A stretch of 64,000 bases of DNA from NCBI GenBank assembly GCA_049472315.1, contig JBLIRN010000010.1, positions 15,091-79,090 on the forward strand. Direction: 5' to 3'. Made by a program: the position numbers and the translations under genes. This document shows positions 62,146 to 64,000 of the stretch, in pieces. The stretch comes from a bacterium. Lineage in GTDB: Bacteria > SZUA-182 > DTGQ01 > JAFGSM01. Under the pieces are notes generated by a model. It ran no database searches and was not told the origin of the DNA. It saw nothing but the letters and a program-made list of their open reading frames with translations. The first letter of the stretch is position 1. Every line of letters starts with the position of its first letter.

Positions 62146-63312
62146 ATGAAAACAGATATGGATGGCCAGAATCAACAAGCGATGATCGCGCTCGAGGATG
62201 GAACGATCTTCAAGGGGACCTCCTTCGGCGTGTCCGGTGAGCGGACCGGTGAGATGGTGTTCAATACGGGCATGGCGGGCTATCAGGAGGTGCTCACCGA
62301 TCCCTCCTACAAGGGGCAGATGGTGGTGATGACCGCCCCGCAGATCGGAAACTACGGCATACACCCCGAGGCGTCCGAATCGGGCGTCATTCACATGGAT
62401 GCCTTTATCGTCCGGGAGCAGAGCCGAATCCCCTCCCACTGGGAATCACGCGAGGCCCTCGATGATTTTCTCGTTCGTCACAACTGTATGGGGGTGGAAG
62501 GGGTGGACACCCGCGCCCTCACCTTGCGGCTCCGGGAGGAGGGCGCCATGCGGGCAGTCGTATCCACCATGGACCTTGATCCTGCAAGCCTCGTGGGAAA
62601 GGCGCGCACGGCCCCAAGCCTGATCGGCCGCGACCTCGTAAAGGAGGTGACCGGCAAGGATCTCGATTTTTTCATGGAAATGCAGGAGGCCTCCTCCGGA
62701 AATGATCCCCACGTGGTGGTCTACGATTTCGGGGTCAAGCGGAACATCGTCCGGTCCCTGGTGCGCGCCGGATGCCGTGTGAGCGTCGTCAGGGCGGATA
62801 CCACTGCCTCGGAGGTGCTTGACATGCATCCGGACGGGGTCATGCTCTCGAACGGCCCTGGAGACCCGGAAGGGATACCCTACGTGGTCAAAGAGGCGGC
62901 AAATCTCATCGGCAAGGTCCCCATGTTCGGGATATGCCTGGGACACCAGATCATCGGGCTCGCCCTGGGAGGTCGCTCCTTCAAGCTGAAGTTCGGACAT
63001 CATGGGGTGAATCACCCGGTCAGGGATGTGAACACCGGGAGGGTACAGATCACGGTCCAGAATCACGGGTTTTGCATCGATCCCGAGTCCATTGATATAA
63101 ATGGCATGACCGTGACCCACATCAACCTCAATGACAAGACCCTGGAGGGGATTGTGGTGCCGGAAAGGCTCCTCATGTGCGTGCAGTTCCATCCGGAGGC
63201 CGCCCCAGGGCCGCACGACGCCCTGGGGCTGTTCGGCGAATTCGTAGACATGATCAATGAATGGCGTGCCAAAAACACGGCGAAGAAGGGGAAAAGGACA
63301 CCAGGGAAGTGA
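62146..63312 (+). CDS. carA: Carbamoyl-phosphate synthase small subunit
   Basis: LEDGT, GEMVFNTGMAGYQEVLTDPSY, SNGPGDP, GICLGHQ, QNHGF, QFHPEA. Confidence 0.97.
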   Translation: MKTDMDGQNQQAMIALEDGTIFKGTSFGVSGERTGEMVFNTGMAGYQEVLTDPSYKGQMVVMTAPQIGNYGIHPEASESGVIHMDAFIVREQSRIPSHWESREALDDFLVRHNCMGVEGVDTRALTLRLREEGAMRAVVSTMDLDPASLVGKARTAPSLIGRDLVKEVTGKDLDFFMEMQEASSGNDPHVVVYDFGVKRNIVRSLVRAGCRVSVVRADTTASEVLDMHPDGVMLSNGPGDPEGIPYVVKEAANLIGKVPMFGICLGHQIIGLALGGRSFKLKFGHHGVNHPVRDVNTGRVQITVQNHGFCIDPESIDINGMTVTHINLNDKTLEGIVVPERLLMCVQFHPEAAPGPHDALGLFGEFVDMINEWRAKNTAKKGKRTPGK

Positions 63313-63320
63313 TGTGAGCC

Positions 63321-64000
63321 ATGCCCAGGCGAAATGACATACGAAAGATACTCATCATCGGATCGGGCCCAATCATCATAGGCCAGGCGTGCGAATTCGA
63401 CTATTCGGGCACCCAGGCCTGCAAGGCATTGCGGGAGGAGGGATTAGAGGTCGTTCTGGTGAATTCGAACCCCGCCACCATCATGACCGATCCGGATATG
63501 GCGGACCGCACCTATATCGAGCCTATAACCCCGCAAGCGGTGACGCTGATCATACAAGAGGAGCGTCCGGACAGCCTCCTTCCCACCCTGGGAGGGCAGA
63601 CCGGGCTGAATACGGCCATGGACCTCCACCGCAGCGGTGTGCTCGAAGAATACGGCGTACGCATGATCGGGGCCTCTCCGCAGGCCATCGAGCGGGCCGA
63701 GGACCGGGAGGAGTTCAAGGCGGCCATGTCCCGGATCGGCCTGGAGCTTCCCAGGAGCGGCATCGCCCGCAGCATGGAGGAGGGTAGGGCGCTCCTTGCG
63801 CAGATCGGACTTCCCGTCATCGTCCGTCCGAGCTATACCCTGGGAGGGACCGGGGGGGGAGTGGCAAACACGGAGGAGGCATTCATGCGGATCCTCCGCA
63901 AGGGGCTCGATCTGAGCCCCATACACGAGGTGCTCGTCGAGGAATCCATCTGGGGGTGGAAGGAGTTCGAGCTCGAGGTCATGCGGGACCGGATGGACAA
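63321..64000 (+). CDS. carB: Carbamoyl-phosphate synthase large subunit, N-terminal part (runs off the window end)
   Basis: Manual translation gives [37 protein letters not shown]...[10 protein letters not shown]. Confidence 0.97.
   Translation, partial: MPRRNDIRKILIIGSGPIIIGQACEFDYSGTQACKALREEGLEVVLVNSNPATIMTDPDMADRTYIEPITPQAVTLIIQEERPDSLLPTLGGQTGLNTAMDLHRSGVLEEYGVRMIGASPQAIERAEDREEFKAAMSRIGLELPRSGIARSMEEGRALLAQIGLPVIVRPSYTLGGTGGGVANTEEAFMRILRKGLDLSPIHEVLVEESIWGWKEFELEVMRDRMD

Overview
Bacterial chromosomal segment, moderately GC-rich with AT-rich intergenic stretches. The housekeeping genes resemble those of Desulfobacterota or related candidate lineages, but that placement is inference only. 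The backbone is core genes: ileS (partial), hisC-hisB-hisH-hisA-hisF, rimO, dksA, accBC, an M24 peptidase, a dGTPase, kdsB, an NtrY-like kinase, cobO, a GH57 enzyme, rplM..rpsI-argJ, rpsB-tsf-pyrH-frr-tgt-yajC-secD-secF, asnB, trxC, a giant GlmS-like protein, nfo, pstS and carA-carB (partial). Interspersed are several large signal-peptide proteins I cannot assign to known families. The main observation is a three-member secreted paralog family (5783-7672, 37251-39116, 41692-43914) with NHPP cadherin-like repeats and a C-terminal PWWx[LFY] motif. The third copy has one in-frame TGA (43681-43683) that aligns exactly with a Cys (TGT) in the second copy and is followed by a SECIS-like hairpin, making it a candidate new selenoprotein; a nonsense mutation or sequencing error cannot be excluded. 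Other notable items: a secreted (L/I/V)YGG-repeat protein, Asp-Pro-Asn motifs concentrated in exported proteins, two genes inserted between rplM and rpsI, two copies of a 125-bp REPIN/MITE-like element, sigma54-type promoters, and one intact plus one decayed toxin-antitoxin module. I found no rRNA, tRNA or CRISPR-Cas.
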